DNA from: an uncultured Planctomycetota bacterium
GTDB lineage: Bacteria > Planctomycetota > J058 > JACQDU01
NCBI GenBank assembly: GCA_964648345.1
Contig: CAZYLP010000001.1
Location: 1 to 54,841, forward strand
Direction: 5' to 3'
DNA length: 54,841 nucleotides
The position numbers and the translations under genes are program-made. Below, one piece after another: positions 29,270 through 39,500 of the stretch. How positions within the stretch are numbered: the first letter of the stretch is position 1; each line of letters opens with the position of its first letter. The notes under the pieces were generated by a model. The model saw only the letters and a program-made list of their open reading frames with translations. It had not been told where the DNA came from and did not search any database.

Positions 29270-30936
29270 CGCTCGAGGACCGCCTCGACGAACCGCTCGG
29301 GGGCACGACCATCGCTCGCGAGCGCCCGAGAACGCTCCAGAAGCGACCGCCGGAGGTCCGGCTCGCGTGCGAGGCGGAGGAGATGATCGGCGGCGGCCGC
29401 CGTGTCGCCGCGCGGATACGAGAAGCCCTGGAAGCTCTGGAAGCCCTCGTCGCCCGCGGGCACGACGACCGGGGTTCCGCATGCCCGGGAGCGCGCGAAA
29501 GGGTCACCGACGCCGAGGACGGCATCGGCGAGGCGGACGTACTCGTGCTCGTCCGGCGCACAGCCAAGCAGGCGAAGTCGCGGTCCGAAGCCCGCGTCGC
29601 GGACGCGCAGGCGCGCCTCGGTCCCCGATGGGCCCGCGTGGAAGACCCGGACGTCCACCCCCTCGTCGAGGAGACGGCGAACCACTCCGAGCAAGAGCGA
29701 GGCCGCCTCGCCCCCGAGGTTGCCCAGCGCCACGAGGAGGAACGTGCCCTCGGCGACGCCGAGGAGTCGCCTCTGCGCACCGCGCTCGGTCTCCGGGAGG
29801 GGGACCTCGGGGACGACGACGTGTGGGGTCTCGGAGATTCGCCCGGGCGGGAGCCCGGCCCAGGCGACGAGGTCTCTCGCGACCCTGGGGTCGGTGGTCA
29901 GGATCGCCACGTCGGGGTCGCTCTCGGCGAGGCGCCGGAGGCAGAGTGCGGTCAACTCCTCGGGCCCCCTCGCCGGGAGGGCGCCCGCGATGTGGAGGAT
30001 CACGCGCGCTCCGGCGAGCGCTCCGGCGAGGCCCACGACCGAAGCCGAGGACAGGGTCGGCTCGAGCCAGCCATGGACGACCCGGGCGCGGGGTGTCCGC
30101 TCGAGGAGATCCTCGAGGAGAGGCAGGAGGACGTCCGCGTGCACGTGGCGCTCGAGGTCGTGGACGAGGCCAGGAGCGAACCCCGGGAGCCGCGGCCGGT
30201 CGGCCCAGAGACGCCACGGCCGCCGGGGGAGGAAGCGGCACGTTGCGCCGAGCCGCTCGAGGCGACGGGCGCGAACGTCGTACGCATCCCGTGAGCCCGG
30301 GATGAGGATCTCGACCGCGACCCCGAGAGCACGCGTTCGGGGCACGAGGTGCTCCAGGAGTGCGACCGCCTCGTCGGCTCGAGGACCCAGCTCGGGGAGC
30401 CAGTGGACCGCACGCGAAGGAGTCGCCGCGGCGAGCGCGGGCGTCGAGGCACCGCGCGGGCTCGAGTCCAGCGTGCGCAGCGTGGCCGTGGCCGATGGCC
30501 AAGGAACGTCGAGCCGGTGCCCGACGAGGCACTCGACCCATCGACCGATCAGAGGGAGGCCCTGGAGTAGGCGGGCGAACGCACGCTTGAGCGCCCAGGC
30601 GAGAGTACCGCGCGCGTTCGAGCGGAAGGAAGATCCCGGGGCGTCGACGAGATGAAAGGTCCGCACCCCGGCGCGGATGGCCGCGAGCAGAGGGAGGACG
30701 CGGGCGGTCCAGAGCGTGTGGACGACCGCGACCCCATCCGGCCCGAGGCGCGCCTCGGAGAAGGTGACGCCCGGGGCCTGCTGCTCGAGGCGGTCGCGCA
30801 GGTCGCGCGATACGGTACCGTCGGGGGTCACGATGACGACGGACCCCGACACGAGCGAAGGGAGGCCCGCAGCTTCGGGGTCGAACCCGAGGACGAACGC
30901 CCGCCGGCCGCCGAGCTCGATCGGACCAAGGGGCAT
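29254..30936 (-). CDS. Two-domain GT-B-fold (GT4-like) glycosyltransferase with an extra N-terminal domain
   Basis: 560-aa ORF. The C-terminal half shows a Rossmann-like pattern: FLLVALGNLGGEAA..GVDVRVFHAG..ACGTPVVVPAGDEG. Confidence 0.55.
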   Translation of the reverse strand: MPLGPIELGGRRAFVLGFDPEAAGLPSLVSGSVVIVTPDGTVSRDLRDRLEQQAPGVTFSEARLGPDGVAVVHTLWTARVLPLLAAIRAGVRTFHLVDAPGSSFRSNARGTLAWALKRAFARLLQGLPLIGRWVECLVGHRLDVPWPSATATLRTLDSSPRGASTPALAAATPSRAVHWLPELGPRADEAVALLEHLVPRTRALGVAVEILIPGSRDAYDVRARRLERLGATCRFLPRRPWRLWADRPRLPGFAPGLVHDLERHVHADVLLPLLEDLLERTPRARVVHGWLEPTLSSASVVGLAGALAGARVILHIAGALPARGPEELTALCLRRLAESDPDVAILTTDPRVARDLVAWAGLPPGRISETPHVVVPEVPLPETERGAQRRLLGVAEGTFLLVALGNLGGEAASLLLGVVRRLLDEGVDVRVFHAGPSGTEARLRVRDAGFGPRLRLLGCAPDEHEYVRLADAVLGVGDPFARSRACGTPVVVPAGDEGFQSFQGFSYPRGDTAAAADHLLRLAREPDLRRSLLERSRALASDGRAPERFVEAVLERYSTR

Positions 30937-30980
30937 ACGGTGGCCAATGCTACACTACACGTCTCTATGGGGACACACGC

Positions 30981-32255
30981 GTGATGGAGAGCGCCATCTC
31001 GGTCCGCGGCCTCGGTAAATGTTATCGCCTCTATGATCGAACGCTCGACCGTGTGACCGACGCCTTCTCTCGCACACGGCACCGTGGTCGCGAAGTCTGG
31101 GCCCTCCGCGGCTTCGATCTCGAGATGCCTCGCGGAGCCACGTGGGGGATCATAGGGCGCAACGGCTCCGGGAAGAGCACGGCCTTGAAGATGATCGCCG
31201 GCCGTCTCCGGCCGACGGAGGGCGTCGTGCGCGCGGCCGGCCGGATCTCCGCGATCCTCGAGCTCGGCACCGGCCTCCACCCTCACCTCACGGGGCGTCA
31301 GAACGCCCGCGTGAACGGGCTCTTCATGGGCCTGGACCCCTGGACCCTCGAGGACCGCCTCGAACGGATCATCGAGTTCTCCGAACTCGGGAGCTACGCC
31401 GACCAGGCTCTCGACACGTACTCGTCGGGCATGCGCGCGCGCCTCGCCTTCTCCGTCCTCACGGCGCTCGACCCCGACATCATGATCCTCGACGAGGCGC
31501 TCGCCACGGGCGATGCGGGCTTCGCCAGGAAGTGCACGCGGTTCATCCGGACCCTGTGCCGCTCGGGGTGCTCGACGCTGGTCGTCAGCCACGACATGGG
31601 CTTCCTGACGACGACCTGCGAGCACCTCGTGTGGCTCGAGAAGGGGGTCATCCGCGCCCAGGGCGATCCGGCGGTCGTCGGCGCGGACTATCTCGCGTCG
31701 ATGAACGTGGAGAGCGACCTCCGGCACCGGCCCAGGAACATGCTGTTCCGGGTGGAACCGGTCTCCCCCGGCGAGGGGCCCGAGCCTCTCATCCACTGCA
31801 TGCAGTGGCTCGGCCCGTCGGGGGACCTGATAGAGCAGACCTTCCCCGGCACGAGCTCGGGGTTCGCGACCATGCTCGAAGCCGGGGCCGACCTCGGCTT
31901 CCAGCCCGATGCGGTCCGAGCCGTCTGGGGCGAAGCGTCCATCGCGGCGGGGACGACGGTCTGGGTCCGGCCGCTCAAGGTCCGCTCGGCCCCGGGCGGC
32001 GTGGGGTTCTTCCCGGTCCCGGTCCCCGAGGCGCCGCGGCTCCTCCCGAGCGCCGTGAGGATGTGGTGCGTCGTCGATCCGAGGCACGAGCTGACCCTCT
32101 CGGCCCTCGTCGACGGGCGCTTCGAGCGCCTGGGCACGTTCGGCGCGGCGACCCCCCCCGGTAACCCCGGCGGACACGAATGGGCGTCCGAAGCCTTCCC
32201 GATCGGGCTCGCTCGGGGGGCGAACGCCACGGCACCCGTCGAGGCCCGGAAGTGA
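30981..32255 (+). CDS. wzt: Polysaccharide-export ABC transporter ATP-binding protein with a ~185-aa C-terminal extension
   Basis: Walker A GRNGSGKST, signature YSSGM, Walker B IMILDEA. A non-NBD extension starts at about nt 31698. The start is GTG 30981 or ATG 30984. Confidence 0.9.
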   Translation: MMESAISVRGLGKCYRLYDRTLDRVTDAFSRTRHRGREVWALRGFDLEMPRGATWGIIGRNGSGKSTALKMIAGRLRPTEGVVRAAGRISAILELGTGLHPHLTGRQNARVNGLFMGLDPWTLEDRLERIIEFSELGSYADQALDTYSSGMRARLAFSVLTALDPDIMILDEALATGDAGFARKCTRFIRTLCRSGCSTLVVSHDMGFLTTTCEHLVWLEKGVIRAQGDPAVVGADYLASMNVESDLRHRPRNMLFRVEPVSPGEGPEPLIHCMQWLGPSGDLIEQTFPGTSSGFATMLEAGADLGFQPDAVRAVWGEASIAAGTTVWVRPLKVRSAPGGVGFFPVPVPEAPRLLPSAVRMWCVVDPRHELTLSALVDGRFERLGTFGAATPPGNPGGHEWASEAFPIGLARGANATAPVEARK

Positions 32256-33172
32256 CCCTCTCGGCCGAGGCCCCCTCGCCGCTCCAGGGGCACGTTCCCC
32301 CGCCGTCGCATCAGCCACGCGCCGTCCGGTTCGCGGGCCTGGTGGCGAGTCTCCTCGCCCCGATCCTCGGCCGTGCTCGCGCCCGGGAGACCGTAGGATG
32401 GACCTACGCCGTCCTCACGCTCATCGCCTATTCGATCCAGACCCAGTACGCGAGGGCGATCTTCGGAGTGCTGTGGACGCTCATAGCCCCGGCCCTCCTC
32501 ATTGCCGTCTACCTCCCCATCCTGACCGCGAACGGCACCGACCCCGCCTGGGAGGCGCTCCTCGGGGGAGGGCGCCTCGCGTTCCCGATCTACGTGGTCA
32601 TAGGCTTCCTCGTCTACGGTGCCTTCTGCCAGGCCCTGCAGAACGGCGCGGCGAGCCTCGTCCAGAACCCGGACGTCGTCCACCACTCGCCGATCCCGCT
32701 CTCGATCTTGCCCCTGGTCAAGGTCGCGCAAGCCCTGGTCGGGCTCGTCTTCTCGCTCACCATCATCGGCGTGCTCATCGTCGCGACGAGCGGTTGGCCG
32801 GGGGCGCGCCTCCTCTTGCTCGTCCCGGCCATGCTCGCCCTCTTCCTCGTCACGCTCGGGTTCGCGCTCCTTCTCTCTGCCCTCGCGGGGATCTTTAGGG
32901 ACGTGCTCCCCATCCTCTCGGCTCTCCTCCTCGTCGAGTTCTTCGCCGTCCCGCTCGTCTACTTGCCGGGGAAGATCCAGGGGCTCTACGCCATCATGAT
33001 GCAGGCCAACCCGCTCACGCCGCTCCTGAACCTCTTCCGCGCCGGGCTGATCCCGAGTTATCCGTGGCACTGGCTCGATCTCGGGCTCGCCGCGGCCTGG
33101 TCCTTGTCCGTGCTCCTCGCCGGGAAGCTCCTCTTCCGGCGCCTCCTTCCGGCCGTCGTGGAGCACACCTGA
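32252..33172 (+). CDS. wzm: ABC-2 type polysaccharide-export permease
   Basis: Internal GTG of track ORF 32180..33172, overlapping the wzt stop (GTGA). About six hydrophobic helices. Positioned directly after wzt. Confidence 0.8.
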   Translation: MTLSAEAPSPLQGHVPPPSHQPRAVRFAGLVASLLAPILGRARARETVGWTYAVLTLIAYSIQTQYARAIFGVLWTLIAPALLIAVYLPILTANGTDPAWEALLGGGRLAFPIYVVIGFLVYGAFCQALQNGAASLVQNPDVVHHSPIPLSILPLVKVAQALVGLVFSLTIIGVLIVATSGWPGARLLLLVPAMLALFLVTLGFALLLSALAGIFRDVLPILSALLLVEFFAVPLVYLPGKIQGLYAIMMQANPLTPLLNLFRAGLIPSYPWHWLDLGLAAAWSLSVLLAGKLLFRRLLPAVVEHT

Positions 33173-33175
33173 AGC

Positions 33176-34382
33176 TCAGGCCTTCTCGACCGCGAAGAGC
33201 GCCGAGAGGACCTCGAGGTCGTCGGCCGACCGCTCGCGGAAGCGAGGCGCGAGCGCGGCCCGCGCGGTGGCGTCGCAGGGCGCCTTGACGCTCGGTTTCA
33301 CGCTACGGACCGCCAGATCCGATGTCGCGAAGGCACTCTCGAAGTCGCCCTTCCGCAGGCGGTTCGTGTACCAGAACGTGCCCGCGTGGAGCCGCTCCCA
33401 CGCCTCGCCCTCGTAGCGGAGGAGCGGCTTCGAGAAGTCCCGGTGATCGCGAAAGTCGATCCGGTGGAGCCCGAGACCGCCGGGCGCCGTGACGCGCGCG
33501 CACTCGCGCACGGCGGCGAGCGGGGCCTTGAAGTGCTCGAAGGACGCCATGGAGATGACGACGTCGAAGCTCCCGTCGGGGAAGGAGAGAGCGGCCGCAT
33601 CGACGGGGCAGCGGCACGAGACCTTGCTCTCGTCGAACGTGCCTCCGGGCCGTCGAGGCGGACGGCCTCGTCGAAGCGGCGGAGCGCCTCGGCGCGCGCG
33701 GCCGCGACGGACCGTTGGTGAGCGGGAGGATCACGGGTCGCTCGAGGTGCGCGCGCAGGCGCCGGTAGATCGACGAGGCCTTGCCCGCAATCGAGTGGTA
33801 GTCGGCCCCCGTGTAGCTCGCCGCGCCGTGGGCGTGGAAGAGGAGGCCCATCGCGAGCGTGTAACGGGGCCGAGCTCGAGGATCCGGAGCCCCGCGAGCG
33901 GGCCGCGGTGCGCCTCGATCTCGCGCCGCATCCAGGCGAAGGTCACCTCCGCGTAAAGGAGGGCCTGGTCGTCCGTGGCCGTCCGGTCCTCGACCCAGTC
34001 GAAGAAGCGCTGCTTCGTCTCGCGCGTCGCCGCGCCGAGCGTCTCGGCCAGGACGCGCTCGTGGCGGCGCCCCGAGCCGTCGCGCGCGAGGACCCGGGCC
34101 AGGAAGGGCACAAGCTCCTCGGGCCTCGCGGCGAACCACTCCTCGAGCACGGAGGAGAGCTCGGCGCGCGCCGGGGGCGTGCCCTTCTCGACCTCGTCGC
34201 GGACGAGCGGCGCGAGCGCCCCGCCGCCGGGTGCGGGGAGCTCGGGGAGGATGGCGCGCCTCGTGAAGACCCAGTGGCGCGCCGTGCCGTCGAGGAGCGC
34301 CGAGCCCGCGGAGGAGAGCCCTCAGCGGACGGACCTGGAGAAGCCGCACGCGCAGGGGCGGCCTCGTCGCGGCGGGCGCCAT
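33176..34382 (-). pseudogene. Frameshifted third paralog of the family A methyltransferase
   Basis: Homology to 2784..4001 can be followed through frame changes at about 34297, 33864, 33715 and 33642. Segments recovered: MAPAATRPPLRVRLL.. / ALLDG..RILELGP / TLAMGLLFHAHGAASYTG.. / AEALRRFDEAVRLDGPEA / TFDESKVSCRCPVDAA..MASFEHF..FAVEKA. Confidence 0.7.
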
Positions 34383-34411
34383 CGCGGTCAGCCTCCGAAC
34401 CCTCGTCCAAC

Positions 34412-34440
34412 TTGTCTTCTCGAGCCACAGAGGTCCTAAT
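34412..34440 (+). promoter_or_regulatory. Candidate promoter with a very short leader
   Basis: TTGTCT, 17-nt spacer, CCTAAT, then 12 nt to ATG 34453. Confidence 0.2.
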
Positions 34441-34452
34441 GTTGCCGCCTCG

Positions 34453-36210
34453 ATGGAAGTCTCGTCACCGGAGCCGCGCGCGATCGTCCTGGCGAGGCTC
34501 TCGCCCGCGGTGCTCTGCGTCCTGGCTCTCGCGGCCGAGCTCGGCCGGCACATCCCCGCGCTCGTCGAGGCGCTCGGGGTCGTCGCCCTCGCGAGCCTCG
34601 TGCTCATCGCCCGCGCCCGCGTCCGGCGCGACCCGCCCGTCTCCGCCCCGGCGGCGGCGCTCGCGGTCCTCGTCTTCGTCGCGCTCGCCCTCTCGGTCGC
34701 GACCGGGGGGCGCGGCGCGCGCATCGCGCCCGACATCGAGCCCCTCTGCCGGCGGATCTCCGTCGTGCTCGCGCTGCTCGCGGGCACTGGGATGGCGCTT
34801 CCGTTCGCCCTCCCGTGGCTCATGCAGCCGGTCACGAGCCCGCGCCCGCGCCCGATCGCGCCGCTCCCCGGCAACCGCGCCGGTCTCGCGGCGATTGCGG
34901 GGACGTGGCTCGTCTTCCACGGGGTGATCCTCGTCACATTCCCGCCGCTCATCTGGTGCGACTCGTGGGTCAACCTCTGGGAGCCGCGCCTCTTCCAAGT
35001 GACGAACCGGCCCTACCTCCACACCCCCCTCTACGCCGAGCTCGTCCGCGCTCTCGGCGAGGGGCCCCACCTCGTGGCGGGCCTCACGCTCATCACGGTC
35101 CTCCAGCACGTCGCCGTGCTCGCGATCGGGGTCGTGCTCGAGCGCCTCGTCCGACGCGAGATGGAGAGCCGGCTCGCCGGCACCCTCGCCGGGCTCGTGG
35201 TCGTGATCGACGCGTTCTTCGCGTTCTACGCTCAGCGCATCGCGACCGAAGTCCTCGGGACGGCGTTCTTCGTGGGGGCGATCGCCCTCCTCGTCGAGGC
35301 GACCTGGAGGGAGCGCGCCGAGCGCTGGATCCTGAGCGCCGGGGCGCTCGCCGCGGCGGCCACCCTGACGCGGCCCGTCTTCCAGGCCTGGTTCGTCCTC
35401 GGGGGCCTCTGGCTCCTCGCGGTCCGGCCCATGAAGCCGCGATGGCGCGCCGCCGCCATCCTCGTGTTCGGCGCCGCGATGCCGATCGTCCTCCTCAAGG
35501 GACACAACTACGTCTTCCACGGCGACGCGCGCCTCACCGGGCAGACGGGGAAGGCGCTCGTCTACCGGATCATGACGGACATGCCGCCGCTCACCGACCC
35601 GGACGCCGCGCCGGACGACCCCATGGAGCGCGCGCGGCGGATCGCGTGGTCCAAGCGCGACGAGGTGTGGATGGGCCCATGGCTCGCCCTCGAGAGCGAG
35701 CTCGGCTGGTCGGACGCGCAGATCGACCGTGCCATGCAGCAGTTCTACTTCGAGCAGGTGCGTCGCCATCCGCGCGCGTTCATCGAGACCACCCTCACCT
35801 ACGCTGTGTCGACGCTCCTCGCGAACGACTCTTTCGCGTCCGTCGTCGACCGCCACAACGAGGATCGCAAGGTGGCGTTCTTCGGCTGGGATGCGATCCC
35901 GCCGTCGCCCGACGCCCCCGCGATCCTCGAGGCGGTGAACTCCCTCAAGATCACGTCGCGCGTGTCCATCTGCATCCTCGCGGCCCTGGCCCCGTTCGTC
36001 GTGACCGGCGAGCGCCGCCGGACGGCGCTTCTCGTCCTCGCATCCGCGGCCTACGCGATCGTCCTCGCGGCGCTCGTCCTCGGCGCCATGAGCCGGACGC
36101 GGCTCCCCGCCATGCCGCTCCTCGGGGTCGCCCTGGCCATGACGGTGGCGGGCGTCCTCGAGCGACTCGGAGCCCGCGGGGCGGTGGCCCGCCCGGAGCC
36201 GCGCCCATGA
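34453..36210 (+). CDS. Polytopic GT-C-like (PMT/ArnT-type) membrane glycosyltransferase candidate
   Basis: 585-aa hydrophobic ORF. Segments ATEVLGTAFF and LTRPVFQAWF line up with MTEPLGNFLA and LARPLTLLAV in the ~1017-aa proteins downstream. Confidence 0.6.
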   Translation: MEVSSPEPRAIVLARLSPAVLCVLALAAELGRHIPALVEALGVVALASLVLIARARVRRDPPVSAPAAALAVLVFVALALSVATGGRGARIAPDIEPLCRRISVVLALLAGTGMALPFALPWLMQPVTSPRPRPIAPLPGNRAGLAAIAGTWLVFHGVILVTFPPLIWCDSWVNLWEPRLFQVTNRPYLHTPLYAELVRALGEGPHLVAGLTLITVLQHVAVLAIGVVLERLVRREMESRLAGTLAGLVVVIDAFFAFYAQRIATEVLGTAFFVGAIALLVEATWRERAERWILSAGALAAAATLTRPVFQAWFVLGGLWLLAVRPMKPRWRAAAILVFGAAMPIVLLKGHNYVFHGDARLTGQTGKALVYRIMTDMPPLTDPDAAPDDPMERARRIAWSKRDEVWMGPWLALESELGWSDAQIDRAMQQFYFEQVRRHPRAFIETTLTYAVSTLLANDSFASVVDRHNEDRKVAFFGWDAIPPSPDAPAILEAVNSLKITSRVSICILAALAPFVVTGERRRTALLVLASAAYAIVLAALVLGAMSRTRLPAMPLLGVALAMTVAGVLERLGARGAVARPEPRP

Positions 36211-36587
36211 CGCGGACGCCCGCCGGCATCCTCGCGCTCGCCTGTCTCGCCATGGCGCCGGGGGTCTTCGGCGCTCTCGGGACGGACGCGACCGGCGAGG
36301 GGTTCGCCCTGGCGCTCCTCGCGGACCTGCTCGTCGCGGTCCTCGTCGCCCCGGCACTCTCGAAAACGAACCCGCCCGGCACGTGGTCCAGCGAGGCCTG
36401 CGACCTGGCCGCCTGGTTCGGAGGAGCCGCGGCGCTCGCCGGGACGACGCTCCTCTCGAGCCCCATGCCGCGCTGGCTCGGAGGCGACGGCCCCGTCCGG
36501 CACGCGTGCCTCGCCGCGGGCGGCGTCGTTGCGGCGTCGAGCGTCCTCCTGGCGCTCGTCCGTCCGCGTCGAAGCGACGCGACATGA
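36207..36587 (+). CDS. Small hydrophobic protein (126 aa), function unknown
   Basis: ATG 36207 overlaps the upstream TGA, and its own TGA overlaps the next ATG (ATGA on both sides). Three to four hydrophobic segments. Confidence 0.45.
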   Translation: MTRTPAGILALACLAMAPGVFGALGTDATGEGFALALLADLLVAVLVAPALSKTNPPGTWSSEACDLAAWFGGAAALAGTTLLSSPMPRWLGGDGPVRHACLAAGGVVAASSVLLALVRPRRSDAT

Positions 36588-39500
36588 TGCGCCGCGAGAT
36601 CTTCCTCGAGTGCGTCCTCCTCGCCGTCCTCCTCGCGTTCGGCGCGGTCCTCGAGCGGAGGCAGGGCGGCCTCACGCTCGTCTACCTCGGCCTCGCCGCC
36701 CTCTTCGCGGGCCCCGCCTTCAGGCGCCTCCTCGTCTTCCAGGGCCGCGCCCGCCCCGCGCCGCGCTGGACGCTCTCGCTCGAGCTCGCCGCCTTCACCG
36801 GGCTCATCGTGTGGCCGATAGGTCTCTGGTCGCACGCCATGCTCGCGGCGGCGGCGCTCTCCTTCGCGATAACGCCGCCCGAGAGCCTCGACCCCGGGGC
36901 CCGGGCGACGCTCCTCGAGGAGGTCGGCGTCGCCCTCGTCGCGCTGGCCGGCGCCGCGGTCGCGGCCGTCGTCAACGGGGCGAGCGCGGTCCCCGGGCTC
37001 GCGCTCCTGGTACCGCTCGCCCTGGAGGCGTGGAGCCCCGGCGCGTCGCGGACGGTGGCGAGCGCGGCCCGCCGCGCCGCGGCGTTCGGCATCGCCGGCG
37101 CCGCCGCGATCATGCTCGGCGCCGACTGGCGGCCCGGGGCGCGCGCCGACGAGAGCGTCTTCGGGGTCGCGCTCGTGCTCGCCTTCGTGGCGGGACTCGA
37201 CGTCCTCGCGCGCATGCTCTGCGGCAACCCGACGGGGCGGCTGGACGACCTCCTCGGAGCTGCCGTCGCGTTCGGGGGACGGCGCGGCGCGCCGCTCGGA
37301 TACGCGACCGGCCTCGCCCTCCTGGGCGTCGCGCTCCTCGGCACGGGCACGCTCCGGATCCCCGCGATGCACGCGCTCACGGCCGGCGAGGTCCTCCCCG
37401 AGGCGGGGCTCGCCTTCCTGGCGCCCGGAGTCAGCGCGTCCCCCGATGGGAACGGCGAGGAGTCGACGCTCGAGGTCCGCGAGGACGGGCGGCCGCTCGG
37501 GTCGTCCCACGCCTACATCGATGACATCCGCGAACAGGGCCACGGACGGTTCCGCCACGACCCGAGGCGGGTCACGTTCTCGTCGAGCGACGGGACCGAC
37601 CCGCGCGCGAACGGCCGCGCCTACACGCTCGCCTACGACTGGCTGCCCGGGCCCGCGCTCCTCGCCCTCCTCCTCCTCGCCGCGGTCCTCCTCAACGGAG
37701 GGCGGGCCGCGCGCGCGGCGGCGGCGATTGAGCGCGCGCCGCCTCCGATCATTGCGGCGGCGGTGCTCGCGGTCGCGCTCGCCTTCCGCATCCAGCTCGC
37801 GATCCGCGGCTCCGAGCTGACCCTCGGACACCTCGTGAAGGGCGTGCCCTTCTCGGACGCGCGCGACTGGTACGCCGTCGCCGTCGACTTCTCGCGGAAC
37901 GAGCGGAACGCCGCCATGTGGTACTGGTGCGACGCGCGACGGCCCTTCCACTATGCGTCGCTCGGGGCGATCTTCGCCCTCGTGGGGCCATCGATCCTCG
38001 CGGCGCGGGTCTTCAACATCGTGCTGAGCTCGCTCACCTCGGTCGCGATCTTCGACGCCACGAGGCGCATCGCGATCCGGCCCGTGGCGCTCGTCGCCGC
38101 CCTCGCGCACGCGCTCCTCCTCTACGACGCGCGCCAGGACATGTCGGTCATGACGGAGCCGCTCGGGAACTTCCTCGCCGCGCTTGCGGTCTGGGCGTTC
38201 GTCCTCGGGGCCACCCTCCTCGGCCGGGACCACGCGACCGGGCTCCGGCGGGCGATCCCGGTCTTCCTCGGGGGTGGCGTGGCCCTCGGCCTGTCGAACC
38301 TCGCGCGACCGCTCACACTCCTCGCGGTCGGCGGCCTCCCGCTCGCACTCGCTCTCGTCGCGGGCCGCGTCGGCGTGCCGTGGCGCCGCGTCGCGTGGGG
38401 GACGGCCGCCTTCGGCGCGGGCACCGCCCTCTCGGTCGTGCCGTGGCTCGTCCGGCAGAAGCTCGTCTACGGGATCTGGACCCTCTCGGAGAACACGGCC
38501 GAGGCGTGGTTCGGCGCGACGAGCCCCGACTACGGGACCTGGAGCAGCACCGTCGGGGGCCTCGCGGGCTCGAGGAACGTCACGGAGCGCGTCGCGTTCT
38601 ACATGGAGGGCGCCTCGCGGAACCTGCACGAACACCTCGGCTGGTACGTGCGGCACGTGATCGAGCAGCTCGGGATCACGCTCCGCTTCACCGGGCTACC
38701 CGCGTGGGCGATCGTGGTCTCGTGCGCGTGGTACGTGGCCGTCGCCCTGGCGAGCCCGGAGCGCGCTGGGGAGCGGCGCGGCCTCGCCGTCCTCGCAGCG
38801 CTCGTGATGGTCGCGCTCGTCCTCGCGCCGGAACCGCCGCTCTACATCGCGATGCTGGGCGGCCTCGGGCTCTCGATCGCGAGGCGGCGCCCGATCGCGC
38901 TTCTCGCGGGGCTGTTCGTCCCGACGCTCGTCTCGGTCGCCATGATCGCGATGGCCTTCGAGCGACGGCTCACCCACTCGGTCGAGTGGATCTCCGCGGC
39001 ATTCGCCAGCGCCGTGGTCTTCGAGACGCTCGCGTGGGTCGAGGGGGTGGACCCGCGCCGGGAGCCTCGCATCGGAGACGACGGCACGTGGGGTCGGACC
39101 GGGCGCGCGCTCGGAGTCGTGGCCGGGCTCACGGTCGTACTCGCGGTCGTCGGGTTCGCGCGCATCCTCGCGACGCCGCGGCCGCCCCGACGGACGGCGA
39201 TCGTCTCCGCCGAGCCGTGGGTCTCCCGCGCGCTCGATGCCGGGACGCGCGAGCGACTCGGCCCCCTCGCGTCGAGGCTCGTGGCGCGCCGCGCGCGCTT
39301 GCGTCCCGGCTTCGCGATCTCGCTCGCCGCGGGCGAGAGGATCGTGCACTGGTCGCCCATGTTCGAGCCGCGGACGTACGCGTTCACCGTCTTCGAGACC
39401 GAGCCCGAGCTCCCCGAGACCTACGCCGTCTGGCCCGGAGCGCCCCCGGAGGGCACCGCGGGGAGGGAGCTCATCGTCGTCGGCGTCCCGACGCCGCGCC

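Noticed and set aside
30937-30980. Divergent promoter pair in the relatively AT-rich gap between the GT-B gene and wzt (TACACT on plus, TAGCAT on minus)
   Set aside because: The hexamers are present, but the spacing to the start codons (10 and 24 nt) and the lack of any -35 make the assignment too uncertain to list as a feature.
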